Made by a program: the position numbers and the translations under genes. The notes below the pieces were generated by a model. That model saw nothing but the letters and a program-made list of their open reading frames with translations, did no database searches and was not told the DNA's origin. Positions 24,661 through 39,000 of a DNA stretch of 64,000 nt are shown in pieces; within the stretch, counting starts at the first letter, position 1, and every line of letters begins with the position of its first letter. Origin of the DNA: Macrostomum lignano. Lineage: Eukaryota. Location of the stretch: assembly GCA_002269645.1 (NCBI GenBank), contig NIVC01001039.1, positions 63,372-127,371 on the forward strand, read 5' to 3'.

Positions 24661-25579
24661 TTAGCTAGAGACAATTTTGCTTGTCCAATTTCCCAAGAAT
24701 TTCACTAAATCCTCTATAGCGTCGCTCCACTTTTACCAATCCTCTTCAAATTGGACACAATCAATTTTCAACTATTTTGACACAATCGTATAAAGTTTAG
24801 AGTCTCGAAGTTAATTCTGAACGGTACTGTGTACTTTTAAAGTTAGTCTGCTTTTCGTAAGCGAGACAGCCACCCCAACCTCCGCCTCTCTCTCCTTCCT
24901 GGCCACTGGACAGATGTGTGTGAAAGGCCGTTTAAAATTAACTAACTTTCATGCAGCTGGCATTAAGTTTGCTCCACGTACAGCGATTGACTTCAAACTT
25001 GATACAATTCTTCATTGACTCATTATCTAGCTAAATATACATGTAGTCTCAACTTTGTACCTCAATTAGGACAGAAACTGTAGGCAAGTGAAGTTTGTCT
25101 GCTTTTTCTGTTGTGCCTCTCATCGGACTCATCCAGCTCATTCCCCCAGAGCAAGGATCAGGTGATAGGGCTTAATGTACATAGCAAATGTACAGTGCAT
25201 GTTTTGGAATAACTTTATTAGAGTATTCTGTCCCCCACAATGACAGACTTTCCAAGCACTTGAACTGATGCTGATGCTTTTAGTTATAAAATATTTGGGA
25301 TTTTTTACCCACTTCGATCTCTGAATTTTTTAGCCAAAACCACGCATTACCATTGCCAGAAAACAAGCAATCTTTTGACACCGGTTGCAACAAGTTCGGT
25401 CAGCATATTTTCTTTATATCTGGGTCACGTGTACATGTACACGCATGTATAGCTGCGAACGAAAAACTGAGTTTAAAGATCGTAATGTGTTACGTACTTT
25501 TTAGTAAGTGACGTGCGCAAGAATTTTAATTGAAGTAACCTGGATGCGAAACTCTAACTGAGGCACCAATATCTGATTT

Positions 25580-26293
25580 CTTGGTGGGCGCCCCTGTCTC
25601 TTGATGGGCGCCCCTGTCTCTTGATGGGCGCCCCTGTCTATTTGGTGGACGCCCCTGTCTATTTGGTGGGCGCCCCCGTCTCTTGGTGGGTGCCCCTGTC
25701 TCTTGGTAGGCGCCCCCGTCTCTTGGTGGGCGCCCCTGTCTCTTGGTGGGCGCCTCCGTCTCTTGGTAGGCGCCACTGTCTCTTGGTAGGCGCCACTGTC
25801 TCTTGGTAGGCGCTCCTGTCTCTTGGTGGGCGCCCCCGTCTCTTGGTGGGCGCTCCTGTCTCTTGGTGGGCGCTCCTGTCTCTTGGTGGGCGCCCCTGTC
25901 TCTTGGTGGACGCCCCTGTCTCTTGGTGGGCGCCCCCGTCTCTTGGTGGGTGCCCCTGTCTCTTGGTGGGTGCCCCTGTCTCTTGGTAGGCGCCCCCGTC
26001 TCTTGGTGGGCGCCCCTGTCTCTTGGTGGGCGCCACTGTCTCTTGGTGGGCGCCCCCCTGTCTCTTGGTAGGCGCCCCTGTCTCTTGGTGGGCGCCCCTG
26101 TCTCTTGATGGCGCCCTGTCTCTTGGTGGACGCCCCTGTCTCTTGGTGGACGCCCCTGTCTCTTGGTGGGCGCCCCTGTCTCTTGGTAGGCGCCACTGTC
26201 TCTTGGTGGGCGCCCCTGTCTCTTGGTAGGCGCCACTGTCTCTTGGTAGGCGCCACTGTCTCTTGGTAGGCGCCACTGTCTCTTGGTAGGCGT
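25580..26293. repeat. 20-bp minisatellite (GCGCCCCTGTCTCTTGGTGG)n
   Basis: Direct tandem copies. Confidence 0.95.
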
Positions 26294-26866
26294 CCCTCTG
26301 CGTGCGCCGCCGCGCTCACTAGAACACAATGGTTGTTCCACTCTAGATTCCAAGCTAGAACTGCTAAACGATCAGCAGAGTAGAAGAGCTGAGTCATGAT
26401 TGGCTGTCCAATTCCTTTCATAGAAAACTGCAGCAGGCGTGCAGAAACAAGTGCGGACATGTGGGCGGAATTGATGCAGCCGGCTCAATAATCAAGTAAA
26501 AATGCAGCCGCTCATTCCTCGCCCATGATCTGGCCCATGGCAACCGGTCCATCTGCATTGTCTTGTCTCGTTTTATGCCGAAGCAAATTTAAATTTGGAA
26601 ATTTCTCTCCCAGCTCTTTTCGTTACCCGCCTGCTGCATGCTTTTACTATAGGAAACAATTCTTTTGTTGTTTGTTTTGTAAAAAGCTGCAATCATGTCG
26701 ACATCGACGCCGTCACCCACTCCGAGCACTTCGCTGACCATGCGGCAGATCCAGCAGGCCACTCAGTGAGTGCCGGTCTTTTTGCGAACACTGTGCAATG
26801 CACCTGTGCCATTTCCATTTCTTGTTGCTATGCTGTTTTTTTACGCTCCGTAGCTGCTCAAATACC

Positions 26867-27565
26867 AATGTGCTGCTCACACACCAGTGTAGCTGCTCAC
26901 ACACCAGTGTAGCTGCTCACACAGCAGTGTAGCTGCTCACACAGCAGTGTAGCTGCTCACACAGCAGTGTAGCTGCTCACACAGCAGTGTAGCTGCTCAC
27001 ACAGCAGTGTAGCTGCTCACACACCCCCCAATGTAGCTGCTCACACACCAGTGTAGCTGCTCACACACCAGTGTAGCTGCTCACACAGCAGTGTAGCTGC
27101 TCACACAGCAGTGTAGCTGCTCACACACCAATGTAGCTGCTCACACACCAATGTAGCTGCTCACACACCACTGTAGCTGCTCACACACCACTGTAGCTGC
27201 TCACACAGCAGTGTAGCTGCTCACACACCACTGTAGCTGCTCACACACCAGTGTAGCTGCTCACACAGCAGTGTAGCTGCTCACACACCACTGTAGCTGC
27301 TCACACACCAGTGTAGCTGCTCACACACCAGTGTAGCTGCTCACACAGCAGTGTAGCTGCTCACACACCAATGTAGCTGCTCACACACCAGTGTAGCTGC
27401 TCACACACCAGTGTAGCTGCTCACACACCAGTGTAGCTGCTCACACACCAGTGTAGCTGCTCACACACCAATGTAGCTGCTCACACACCAGTGTAGCTGC
27501 TCACACACCAGTGTAGCTGCTCACACACCAGTGTAGCTGCTCACACACCAGTGTAGCTGCTCTCA
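26867..27565. repeat. 20-bp minisatellite (CACACACCAGTGTAGCTGCT)n
   Basis: Direct tandem copies. Confidence 0.95.
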
Positions 27566-28079
27566 CCTGTGCCATTGCAGTATTGTATATATTATAAAAG
27601 TATTTCTATATGTTGAAATTTTGAGCAAATGTCGAAACCATTGAGAAGACTATTTGCTTTGAGACTGAATCACAATGGGGGGCTCAGACTCATGGCAGAT
27701 TGTATTATCTTTTGGCCTACAAAATCAGACAAAGAGAATACATTTTTCCTGAGCATATGGTTCCGACAGTTGAATATGCTCTCTTTGCAGCTTCACATTT
27801 TTTGCACACGCGAAGGCTCAGTTCCGCCGTTTGCAGCTATGAATAAACGAGGCTGAGAAGGACAATAGAAATTGAATACAGAATGCAGGACTACACAGGT
27901 AGCTGCGTATTAGGAACATTGACATGGAGGTTGTAGAGAGACAAAGTGGAGTTCAACAGGAAGAGATTGGGAGTGAATGAGAAAATGAGAATAGAGATAA
28001 GGGAGTCGTAATATGGAGAAGAGAGATGGAACTGAGAATAGATATAAGTGAGCTGAGAAATGGAGAAGAGAAATGAAGA

Positions 28080-28430
28080 TGAGAGTAGAGATTAGAGGAA
28101 TGAGATAGGAGATGAAATATGTAAAGGAGAGTAGAGATAAAGGGAATGAGATAGGAGATGAAATATGTAAAGGAGAGTAGAGATAAAGGGAATGAGATAG
28201 GAGATGAAATTTGTAAAGAAGAGTAGAGATAAGGGGAATGAGATTGGAGATGAAATATGTAAAGGAGAGTAGAGATAAGAGGAATGAGATAGGAGATGAA
28301 ATATGTAAGTAAATGAGAGTAGAGATAAGGGGAATGAGATAGGCGATGAAATATGTAAAGGAGAGTAGAGATAAGGGGAATGAGATAGGCGATGAAATAT
28401 GTAAAGGAGAGTAGAGATAAGGGAGCCGAG
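28080..28430. repeat. ~46-bp purine-rich tandem repeat
   Basis: GAGTAGAGATAA...GAAATATGTAAAGGA recurs at 28129, 28175 and onward. Confidence 0.85.
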
Positions 28431-31400
28431 ATACAGTGTATAGAAAAGTGAGAATGTTGATTATTAAGGGTTGTAATAGCCTTAATTTTCTATTAGTTTC
28501 ATAAGTTTCATTAGTTTCATCATGTCAGGCAGAAGCTGCGGGCACTCTGCAGAGATGGAAGACACTGCAGCTACAGACTCTTCACTTTCTCAGGCACTCT
28601 ATATAGCGGCAGCTACAGGGAGAGATGGAGGAGTGAGAAGAGGTGATGAGAGTAAGGATGCTGAATGTACTCAAACTAGCTTAAACAAAGTATCGGTTTT
28701 AATCTAATTAGAAGGCCCAAACAGAAGCCATACAGATGTAGTAGTACAGAATCTTGCTTTTCTACACAATTGCCTTTTTTCTCTGCAAAGTCCCCGGAAA
28801 AAGATGAACTTTTCTGAAAAAAGTTTACTCTGAATTGTGATGGGTTTCGACCTTCGGGCTCCTTGTTAGGGAAGCCTTCCAGCCTCAGGCTCAGAAATAA
28901 ATCAATTAGAGACCTGGCCCCCCACTCCTGTCAGATGGTCAGCCCCATGGTAGCTTGATCGTGTGGCGAGCAGTCTAGGTCCTATAGACTCCTATCGTAG
29001 CTAAGAGAGGGACAGCGAGAGACGAGCAGGGAGAATTTTGAAAGTAGAAATTAGCTAATCCGCAGATCAACTAACTTGCTGCCACCAGCCCGTGCGCCCT
29101 GGCTCACCACACCGGGACTCTCGAAATCGGGCTTCCGACTAGAAGGGGCTTTGCACTTACCTGCCAACTAGTGTCTTTTTGCTGTCAATCTCGAAGTCAT
29201 AGCCGATGATAAGGGACACTGCTGGGACTAGATCGCGTTGGCCGTGCAGGTACAGAGGGGACTTGTGCAGGGGATTCTTGCGGTGGCGAGTCTATGGGGT
29301 AGCTACATGTACTATTACATTGCTAAATACGAAGATATGTACTTTTAGCCTTCAACGCGCCAACTAGCCTCTCATAGCGCTGATGATAGGCTAACTCGAA
29401 CTTCAGAGACCGCATGATTCATTTACCCGAGCCGCTTGGCTACCCTAGAGTGCACAAAGTACATCTCTGGCGCCGATTCTGCACTTTTGGCAGTTTTGCT
29501 CACTGATTTGTTAGATTGGTCGACTGAGAACTGCCTTGCCATTGGTCCACTGTGACCGGCGCCTACTAGCTTAGCTACTCATCTGAGCCATCGGCGAACA
29601 AAGAAATAAAGCCGACAAAGATAACTGTTAGATTTAACCTTCTCCTTAGTTCTCTTCACACTTCAGATCGAATTGGAGTCTTAGACTACTAGCAGTATTA
29701 TTGAATGATTTCTGCCTCAGCAACAGCACTACTGAACAAAATGAGCAAAAGTGTGCGCCTAATTCAGCTACTGCAACAGGGGACAGAAAAGGGATCACCC
29801 AATCAAGCAAGTCTAGGTAGCCTCTCACCCAACCAATCAGAAACTCAACAGCAGGAGACCAGGTATTCCACAGTGACCGAATCGGCTCGATGCTCTGCAG
29901 CTGTAGACTCGGGATGATGCTGTCACAATCTTCGCTGTTAGCTAGCAGGTGATGCTCTTAACTGGATGTTCGCTGCTGTCGACCGGGGGACTCGTCCTTG
30001 ATGATGATGGGGGAAGTTGCAATCCGGGGATCAAGAAACGACGGTCGTGCTCCGGGAACCAGAAGTTGCGCGCTGGGCCCGAGCCAAAGTAAGAAGAAGT
30101 TGAGTCCGAGCGGGCCAAAAACTCCGGTTTAAATAGCCGCCAACTGGACCGCAGTTTGTTATAACGGAACACGTCGATTCTGATTGGCCGAGCCGTTTTG
30201 TTAAAGTGAGCGCCGAATTTTCTGATTGGCTAAGCTCGTTGCCACCCAGAATCACGTGACCGAGAGATCCTATCAGTTCCCACAGGGTCGTAAAAAGATG
30301 ACAGGTGCGGCCATAAATCACTCAAAATCGCAACAAAATGATTTATGACTTTTCGCGTAGGATTGACAGAAATTAATGAAAAAATATACATTAGAAAGCT
30401 CTTATTAAATAGAAAGTGAAGATAATGAAGAGAAATCGCTAATCGCTAATCCCAAGGTACTTTTAGGGGTAAAACGCATAGCTGTCAAAGCTGTCACACG
30501 CTTGAGTGAATCCGAACAATAGGCTCTGACCTCATAAATCTTGATGGCCTGTCAAAATGATGAGAAAAAAGCTACCGCCCGCATCCTCTCAGACCATCTG
30601 GCGCCCGCTTCAACACTGAGTGAGGCGCAGGTGGCTGTCAGATCAGCTTCGAAAGCGATGATTTATGACCCAAAAAGCTGCGCCTATGTTATTATGACTA
30701 CTAGTATGGCCAGACATTATATCTAGTATAGATTCTATGAAAATTCGCAGAAAAAGGATAAAAATGCCCACTGCCCACTGTTAGTAGGCAAGTAAGTTTA
30801 GAGCCCATGTGCTAGCGCGGGATTTGGGAAAAAGTGCGTCCTCATCAATTGAGAGAAGTAAACATTACAGACTGCAATTAAGCACGTACATTCAGTGCAT
30901 GCATTCTTAGCCATTGTATGCGCAGAGCTACGCAAGATCACAATAAACGGCACGCACACTTATTGTCTCCATTTAGTTTGGCAAATTTACACAATTGGGC
31001 CTCCTTTTGGTCATGGGGATCTTTAATGCCCCCCGCAGCCATGCATTGCTATATTGTTGCACAATATGGCTTGTGTCTTTTCATTGACGCTTTGCCCCGG
31101 CTTATTATTGTCGCCAGAAAAGAGTATACAAAAATACATGTAATATGCTTCTATAGTAACGCCAAACCAAAATTTCCGGTACGTCATTTTATACCAAGGG
31201 TTTTTGACAGAGCTGGAACCATGCAGCACACGCGGTTACAGTTGCAAAAGACGGCCGCAGAGTCTGAGAAAGCTGATGACAGGCTTTTACATGTATATAA
31301 ATGTATAGTAATATGGGTGAAAACTTTTGCAGTGCCTCCTCGTATGCATGAAATAACATAACATATGCATGTACATTTTATTATACATATACATGTTTGA

Positions 31401-33072
31401 CCATTTAATTCTTTATTATCACTGCGGACATATGATCTCGTGCACCCTGACTTCCCCTGGATGGTTTCCCCTTTCAGATAAAGCAATGATATCAAATTTC
31501 AACGGAGGTATAAGTGCCTCCCAACGTACGATCCCCTCAAGCCCAGGGAGGCAGCTGTTTGATCCCAGCTCTGCCCCTGCATGACTTGCAGGCGCTTGAG
31601 CTGATCCATCCAGGCTGCTGGTGCCTGCCCCTCCCGCCTGTTCTGCGAGCGCTTGCGCGCAAGGGGCCTCCCCTCTTCGTCTTAATTGCACTACGTGTAC
31701 ACTGAAACACTGGAAAAATAGTTGGTAATTCAACACTTGTTGTTTTCCTTTCATCCAACTCCAACTTCTAAGAATAAAAGGCTTTGATTATTCCTAGAAA
31801 ATCCAGCATAGGATAAAAGAGAATTTTATCAAATTGTATTTTAATATCGAAACCAGACCCATGGATTTCCTAAAACAAATTTTAAATTTTTAAACGAGCA
31901 ATAAAAAAGAAACTCTGGGTGTTATAACCAAGATTCAAGTTTTAAGTTTTAATTTACAAGTTATACAGAGTTTAACGCGATAATAGAGATATTTAGTTAC
32001 ATAATTTAGTAATTGTTTGTTTAAAACATTGCTAAGGTAAAGTTTACATTTTCTTCTTTTAAAAGCAACCGATCTGTGCGTTTTTTCTACGAAGGACTTG
32101 ATGTACGTAATTTAATATTTATTAACTATTAGCGTCTTAATCTTAATCTAGCCCTATTCTACTAAAGATCTGTAGATTTGCTTTGCTAAAGAGTTGTACT
32201 TCATATTTATATTGGGTCAACTTAACGGTTTATATTGAGAAGAGCAAAAAAGGCATACCTGTTCCCTGTATTTGGCTGTATATTATTTAAATTCAGTCCA
32301 TTGTCGGTCGCTTATGAGCAGTAGAATAACGTGTTGTTGGGCCCTTTAGGCTGTAGTTTTAATATGACTTCAAATCCTAGAATTTTTATTGTTTCGTTTA
32401 AAATGAAGTAGTATTTTTGCTACCTGCTTCAGCTTTTCTTGAATAAGATTAACGTGAAACCAATACTGGAAACAAACGTAATGACTTATACTATCACGGC
32501 CACGGCACGAATATAGAGTAGACTATTGAAAACTTAAGATTTTATATATCTAATATTAACTTAGACACAAGAATTTTTAATGCGATATTTCATACGTTTC
32601 ATACAGATAGCGAAGACTAAGAGATAAATTGTATGCAAGTTTAAGTGTGTAAAGTGTAAGCCTATTTCATAGAGTATATTTCGTATTTTGCTGCACAATA
32701 AAGTCTCATTGTCACTTTGATCTTAATTGAATCATAATATGCCTAAATCACCAAAATTACTTACATTACTTGAATCAAAAATGGCAGAAATTTCGTGAAT
32801 TAAAAATTAGTTTCAATTAATAATACTAAATTGTAGTGATGGAATTAGTATGCTGATTGGTTTTATTTATATATATTACTGACTTTTTGGCTTAAGATTT
32901 TTTTACTTAAAGTACTATTATCCATATGACAAAAATGGGTAGCATCTTGGCTGCCTTGGATAGATTCACAAATTTATCTATGGATGGTTATGCATTTTTG
33001 TTTGACTGAGAGTGTTGCATAAAATAATTAACAATGCTGTAAACAATTTACAGGGTCGCTAAAAAACTAAAA

Positions 33073-36000
33073 ATGGGCCGCAAGAAGAGCGACAAGTCGG
33101 CCCGAAGTGAAGAACAGGAGGACAAGGTGAACGGTGAGTTGCAGAAAGTGAGTTCTTTAATACCAGTCCTGAAGCTATAAAATCAAAAGCTGCAACTCAT
33201 TCACCCATCATTCAGAGTCCTACCAGCCAACTGGAAACTTCCAGTCAGACTTCGTTGAGCTGTGCAAAGAAATGAAAATGTACCGGCCGCCACCCGTGTT
33301 CTTGCGACCCAAGAGGCCTTCTTCGCCTATTCAGGTTAGCAGTGTTGAAGTTTTGCTGGCTGAACTGATGCCCGTCTGAGTGTACACGACTGACGATAAG
33401 GAAGTCAAGACCTCTGTACACCATGTACACCATGCGTACAGTATTGGCGCTTGCATGTGCTCAGGAGCCAGCGGAATTGGCAGAATTGCCTCAGCGCTGG
33501 TTGTGGGGTGATGTCGCGATGCTGTACACGAAATACTCGATTTGTGTTATTGTGTTTCCCTTAACTTGGCTCTAAATAGACAAGAATGTCTCAAGAACAA
33601 CTCAAGCAGAATGAAGGACGGGAATTGCCATAACAAATTTTGTGCTGAAAAATGAGAACCTCCTATCTCCGTAATGTATTTTTTGGTAAAACCTGCAACC
33701 TATAATTTTCCAAGAAACGTAGTGTCTCGTCCTTCTACTTGAGTGGTCCTTGGGATGTCTATGGCCAAACCAGTAGCTACTTTCTACCGTACACAGGGCG
33801 CATTACGACGTAAAAATATACGAGTATATACAAGGCGAAGCCGGAGCCAATAAGCGTGGCCTAAGCCGGTTGCGGCCATAGAAAAGTGTAAAGCAACTGA
33901 GACCCGAAAAGGGCCGTTTTATGAAAGTGAAATTTATTTAGTTACATGCAGTTTCGCTTGAAATGTTGTTTCAGAACGAGCAGCAAACTCAGGCGCCAAC
34001 CAACCGGAAGGCCAAGGAGGACAAGAAGGCCTCCATGGCCCAGCAAATGTTTGAACCGGAAGAGGAGACGCCGGAAGAAAAGGGTGAGCAAAATACTACT
34101 TGTTATTGAGTTTGCGAGATCAAGGACACAATTTGAACCCATAATGGGCCTCGGTTTATGAGAGACACCGGAGTCCCACCTGTTGTAGGGGGTATCCCAC
34201 CTGTTTGAGTCTCACCTGTTTCAGGGGAATCCCACCTGTTTAAGTCCCACCTGTCGGAGGGGACAGCCACATGTTGCAGAGATCCTGGAGTAACATTGCA
34301 TGCAATTTAAATTAAGCTAATTGAGTTCTCATTGGTTCCGCCTCCCCGTGCTCAAGACCCTGACGTGCTGGAAGAATGCAGCAGCCACCAGGCTGTTGAC
34401 GATGCAGGTAAACAGAGACAACTTTATTGGACATCCACGAGCAAGATGAGGGAGCATTACAGGCCTGCTTCCAGTAGTTTTTTATTCATAGCCAATGCAA
34501 GCCAAAGATTTAAAGTGAAATCTTCTTTACCCACAGATACTAAAACTAGATGGGCCACTTAGGCATAAGTGCATAGTAGTAAAACAACTTTCTACTTCCA
34601 GTTCAGTAGAAAACAGGAATATATAAGCTGTTTTATAAAAAATAAAGCAAGCCACGCTTGTAGACGTAAACAAATATCTAATTGGTTCAGCCGTAATGTA
34701 CATTAGCCAGCGCGCCACTGAAATGTAAATAAATGTACACGCGACTATAAAACCGAGGAAGGCAATAAAAATTGAGTGGGGTAGAAGAGGTCTTGTTGAA
34801 GGGTTCGGCTAGGGTGAGGGGCCAATAAACGGGTCTTGCCTAAAATACATTAAAATGCTTCTACGAGAAATAAACTTACTACTGAACGGAAGTAGCTTAC
34901 ACGCCAATTGCTTGTAGGATGAGTGGCTCATCTAGATATTACAGTATCTGTTGTTTTTGCCTTCACCGCGAATCAGTCACTAAAATGTATATTCACGTCA
35001 CCGAAATCATTCTCACAAATAATCGAGTATGGCAGCATGTATCCAAGCGTAACACTTACTGACATGAAGTTTTCAACAGATTTTTTACAATTCACTACTG
35101 ACGCATACTACTTATAGCTCGTAGTCACCAAAGCCTGCAGACTTCGAGAGTGAATTTTGGAATGCATCGAATTTTTACTCAAACCCAAGTTTTCTCGAAT
35201 TCCTTGACTAGCATTTGTAAAATAATTTTCATCATTGTAGCGACCATTAAATAAAGTTAAAACCCCAACCATTCTACTGAAGAGTAGCACATTTTGAATA
35301 CGGCCTACATACCGAAATTTTCCTTGCCTAACAGCCGTTATCGAGCAGCTGGGCTTCAAGCCGAAGACGTTCACAGTGAAGTACTACTTGGACTTGATGA
35401 AGCCCTGCGTCCACATCGACTTGGAGAATCCGGACAAGCCGGACACCGTGTCCGAGGTGCACGCCAAAAACTGGAAGCTGGAGTTGCCCATGCTTAAAAC
35501 TCTCGGCCGCTGTTTTGAGAAGCTGAATCGGCTGCACACCATTGTGTGAGATTTCTGTAGCTCTGGTGCCACTCTGCAGGGGTCTGACCTGTGCCACTCT
35601 GCAGGGGTCTGACCTGTGCCACTCTGCAGGGGTCTGACCTGTGCCACTCTGCAGGGGTCTGACCTGTGCCACTCTGCAGGGGTCTGACCTGTGCCACTCT
35701 GCAGGGGTCTGACCTGTGCCACTCTGCAGGGGTCTGACCTGTGCCACTCTGCAGGGGTCTGACCTGTGCCACTCTGCAGGGGTCTGACCTGTGCCACTCT
35801 GGTCTGACCTGTGCCACTCTGCAGGGGTCTGACCTGTGCCACTCTGGTCTGACCTGTGCCACTCTGCAGGGGTCTGACCTGTGCCACTCTGGTCTGACCT
35901 GTGCCACTCTGCAGGGGTCTGACCTGTGCCACTCTGCAGGGGTCTGACCTGTGCCACTCTGCAGGGGTCTGACCTGTGCCACTCTGCCACTCCACAGGGG

Positions 36001-39000
36001 TCTGACCTGTACCATTCCTCAGGGGTCTGACCTGTGCCATTCCTCAGGGGTCTGACCTGTGCCACTTCAGCAGACTCAGGGAACTTCATCTCATCAACTA
36101 ATTTGATTTTGCAGATTCTGGCGAGTGGCCGCCAGCGCTGAAGTCATCGCCGAGTTGGCGGAGCTGCTCCGCCAGCTGGACTCTGTGCGCTGTCTGTCGC
36201 TCGAAGCAAATGGTCACGTGACTGACGAGAACTATGCCGACCTGATTCGGGTGGACAGCAAGTGAGTGCAGGAGCTCGGCTTTTCTGATTGCAGGTTTAG
36301 GATTTCTGATTGCATATTTGGGATTTCTGATTGCATATTTGGGATTTCTGATTGCATATTTGAAATTTCTAATTGCATATTTGAGATTTCTGATTTGCAT
36401 ATTTGAGATTTCTGATTGCAGATTTAGGATTTCTGATTGCAGATTTGGGATTTCTGATTGCATATTTGGGATCTGATTGCAGATTTGGGATCTGATTGCA
36501 GATTTGGGATTTCTGATAGCAGATTTGGGATTTCTGATTGCATATTTGGGATCTGATTGCAGATTTGGGAACTGATTGCAGATTTGGGATCTGATTGCAG
36601 ATTTGGGATTTCTGATGGAAGATTTGGGATTTCTGATGGAAGATTTGGGATCTGATTGCAGATTTGGTATTTCTAATTGCAGATTTGGGATTTCTGATTG
36701 CATATTTGGGATTTCTGATTGCATATTTGGGATCTGATTACAGATTTGGGATTTCTGATGGAAGATTTGGGATCTGATTGCAGATTTGGGATTTCTGATG
36801 GAAGATTTGGGATTTCTGATGGAAGATTTGGGATCTGATTGCAGATTTGGGATTTCTAATTGCAGATTTAGGATTTCTGATTGCATATTTGGGATTTTTG
36901 ATTGCATATTTGGGATCTGATTACAGATTTGGGATTTCTGATGGAAGATTTGGGATCTGATTGCAGATTTGGGATTTCTGATGGAAGATTTGGGATTTCT
37001 TATTGCAGATTTGGGATTTCTGTTTGCAGATTTGCAATCATTGCAACCCTCCCTGTGATCATTGCAACCCTCCCTGTGATCATTGCAAACCTCCCTGTGA
37101 TCATTGCAAACCTCCCTGTGATCATTGCAAACCTCCCTGTGATCATTGCAAACCTCCCTGTGATCATTGCAAACCTCCCTGTGATCATTGCAAACCTCCC
37201 TGTGATCATTGCAAACCTCCCTGTGATCATTGCAACCCTCCCTGTGATCATTGCAAATCTCCCTGTGATCATTGCAAACCTCCCTGTGATCATTGCAACC
37301 CTTCTGCTAACAGCTAACAAGTTTATGATTTATAGCTCCTATACTTGAACATACAATGCTGATGATCGTTTTGATATACGAGAATTTTCTATAGCAATGC
37401 ATCTCCATCCTCGTCCAGCCTCACCAAGCTGCAGCTCCGCTTCAACCAGATCACGGATGCTGGTGCAGCGAGAATTAGCGAGCAGCTCAGCGGACTGCGC
37501 GACCCGCCATCGAAGCTGGTGTCGCTGGACCTGTCCTCCAACTGCGTGCAGGACGGCGGGGCCACGGCTCTGGCTCAGGTCTGCAGCTTTGCAACCCTTT
37601 TGAGATCATTTGCAACCCTCTATGAGATCATTGCAACCCTTCTGGGATCATTGCAGCCCTCCCTGTGATCAGTACAACCCTCCCTGTGAACAGTAAAACC
37701 CAGCTCCCTGTGATCATTACAACCCTCCCTGTGAACAGTACAACCCTCCCTGTGAACAGTACAACCCTCCCTGTGATCAGTAAAACCCTCCCTGTGATCA
37801 GTAAAACCCTCCCTGTGATCAGTAAAACCCTCCCTGTGATCAGTACAACCCTCCCTGTGAACAGTACAACCCTCCCTGTGATCAGTAAAACCCTCCCTGT
37901 GATCAGTACAACCCTCCCTGTGATCAGTAAAACCCTCCCTGTGATCAGTACAACCCTCCCTGTGATCAGTAAAACCCTCCCTGTGATCAGTAAAACCCTC
38001 CCTGTGATCAGTAAAACCCTCCCTGTGATCAGTACAACCCTCCCTGTGATCAGTAAAACCCTCCCTGTGATCAGTACAACCCTCCCTGTGATCAGTACAA
38101 CCCTCCCTGTGAACAGTACAACCCTCCCTGTGAACAGTACAACCCTCCCTGTGAACAGTAAAACCCTCCCTGTGACCAGTACAACCCTCCCTGTGATCAG
38201 TACAACCCTCCCTGTGAACAGTACAACCCTCCCTGTGATCAGTAAAACCCTCCCTGTGACCAGTACAGTAAAACCCTCCCTGTGATCAGTAAAACCCTCC
38301 CTGTGATCAGTAAAACCCTCCCTGTGATCAGTAAAACCCTCCCTGTGATCAGTACAACCCTCCCTGTGAACAGTACAACCCTCCCTGTGATCAGTAAAAC
38401 CCTCCCTGTGATCAGTACAACCCTCCCTGTGATCAGTAAAACCCTCCCTGTGATCAGTACAACCCTCCCTGTGATCAGTAAAACCCTCCCTGTGATCAGT
38501 AAAACCCTCCCTGTGATCAGTAAAACCCTCCCTGTGATCAGTACAACCCTCCCTGTGATCAGTAAAACCCTCCCTGTGATCAGTACAACCCTCCCTGTGA
38601 TCAGTACAACCCTCCCTGTGAACAGTACAACCCTCCCTGTGAACAGTACAACCCTCCCTGTGAACAGTAAAACCCTCCCTGTGACCAGTACAACCCTCCC
38701 TGTGATCAGTACAACCCTCCCTGTGAACAGTACAACCCTCCCTGTGATCAGTAAAACCCTCCCTGTGACCAGTACAACCCTTTTTAAACAGTAAAACCCT
38801 CCCTGTGATCAGTAAAACCCTCCCTGTGATCAGCACAACCCTCCCTGTGATCAGCACAACCCTCCCTGTGATCAGCACAACCCTCCCTGTGATCAGTACA
38901 ACCCTCCCTGTGAACACTACAACCCTCCCTGTGATCAGTACAACCCTCCCTGTGAACAGTACAACCCTCCCTGTGATCAGTACAACCCTCCCTGTGATCA

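Noticed and set aside
29155-29165. ACTTACCTG as a U1 snRNA 5' end
   Set aside because: Downstream sequence lacks U1 stems and an Sm site; it is better read as a minus-strand CAG|GTAAGT donor.
28700-31760. Possible retroelement or TE coding remnants in the short ORFs here
   Set aside because: No RT, gag, integrase or transposase motifs recognised; only generic subterminal-like words (CTGATTGGC, GCTGTCA).
37628-38917. 429-aa and other long periodic ORFs (also 3721-4383, 13364-14288, 25501-26460, 35328-36089, 36098-36907, 54940-55328)
   Set aside because: They are translations of 20-25-bp minisatellites. 21-bp units stay open in frame by construction, and many of these lie inside introns of identified genes.
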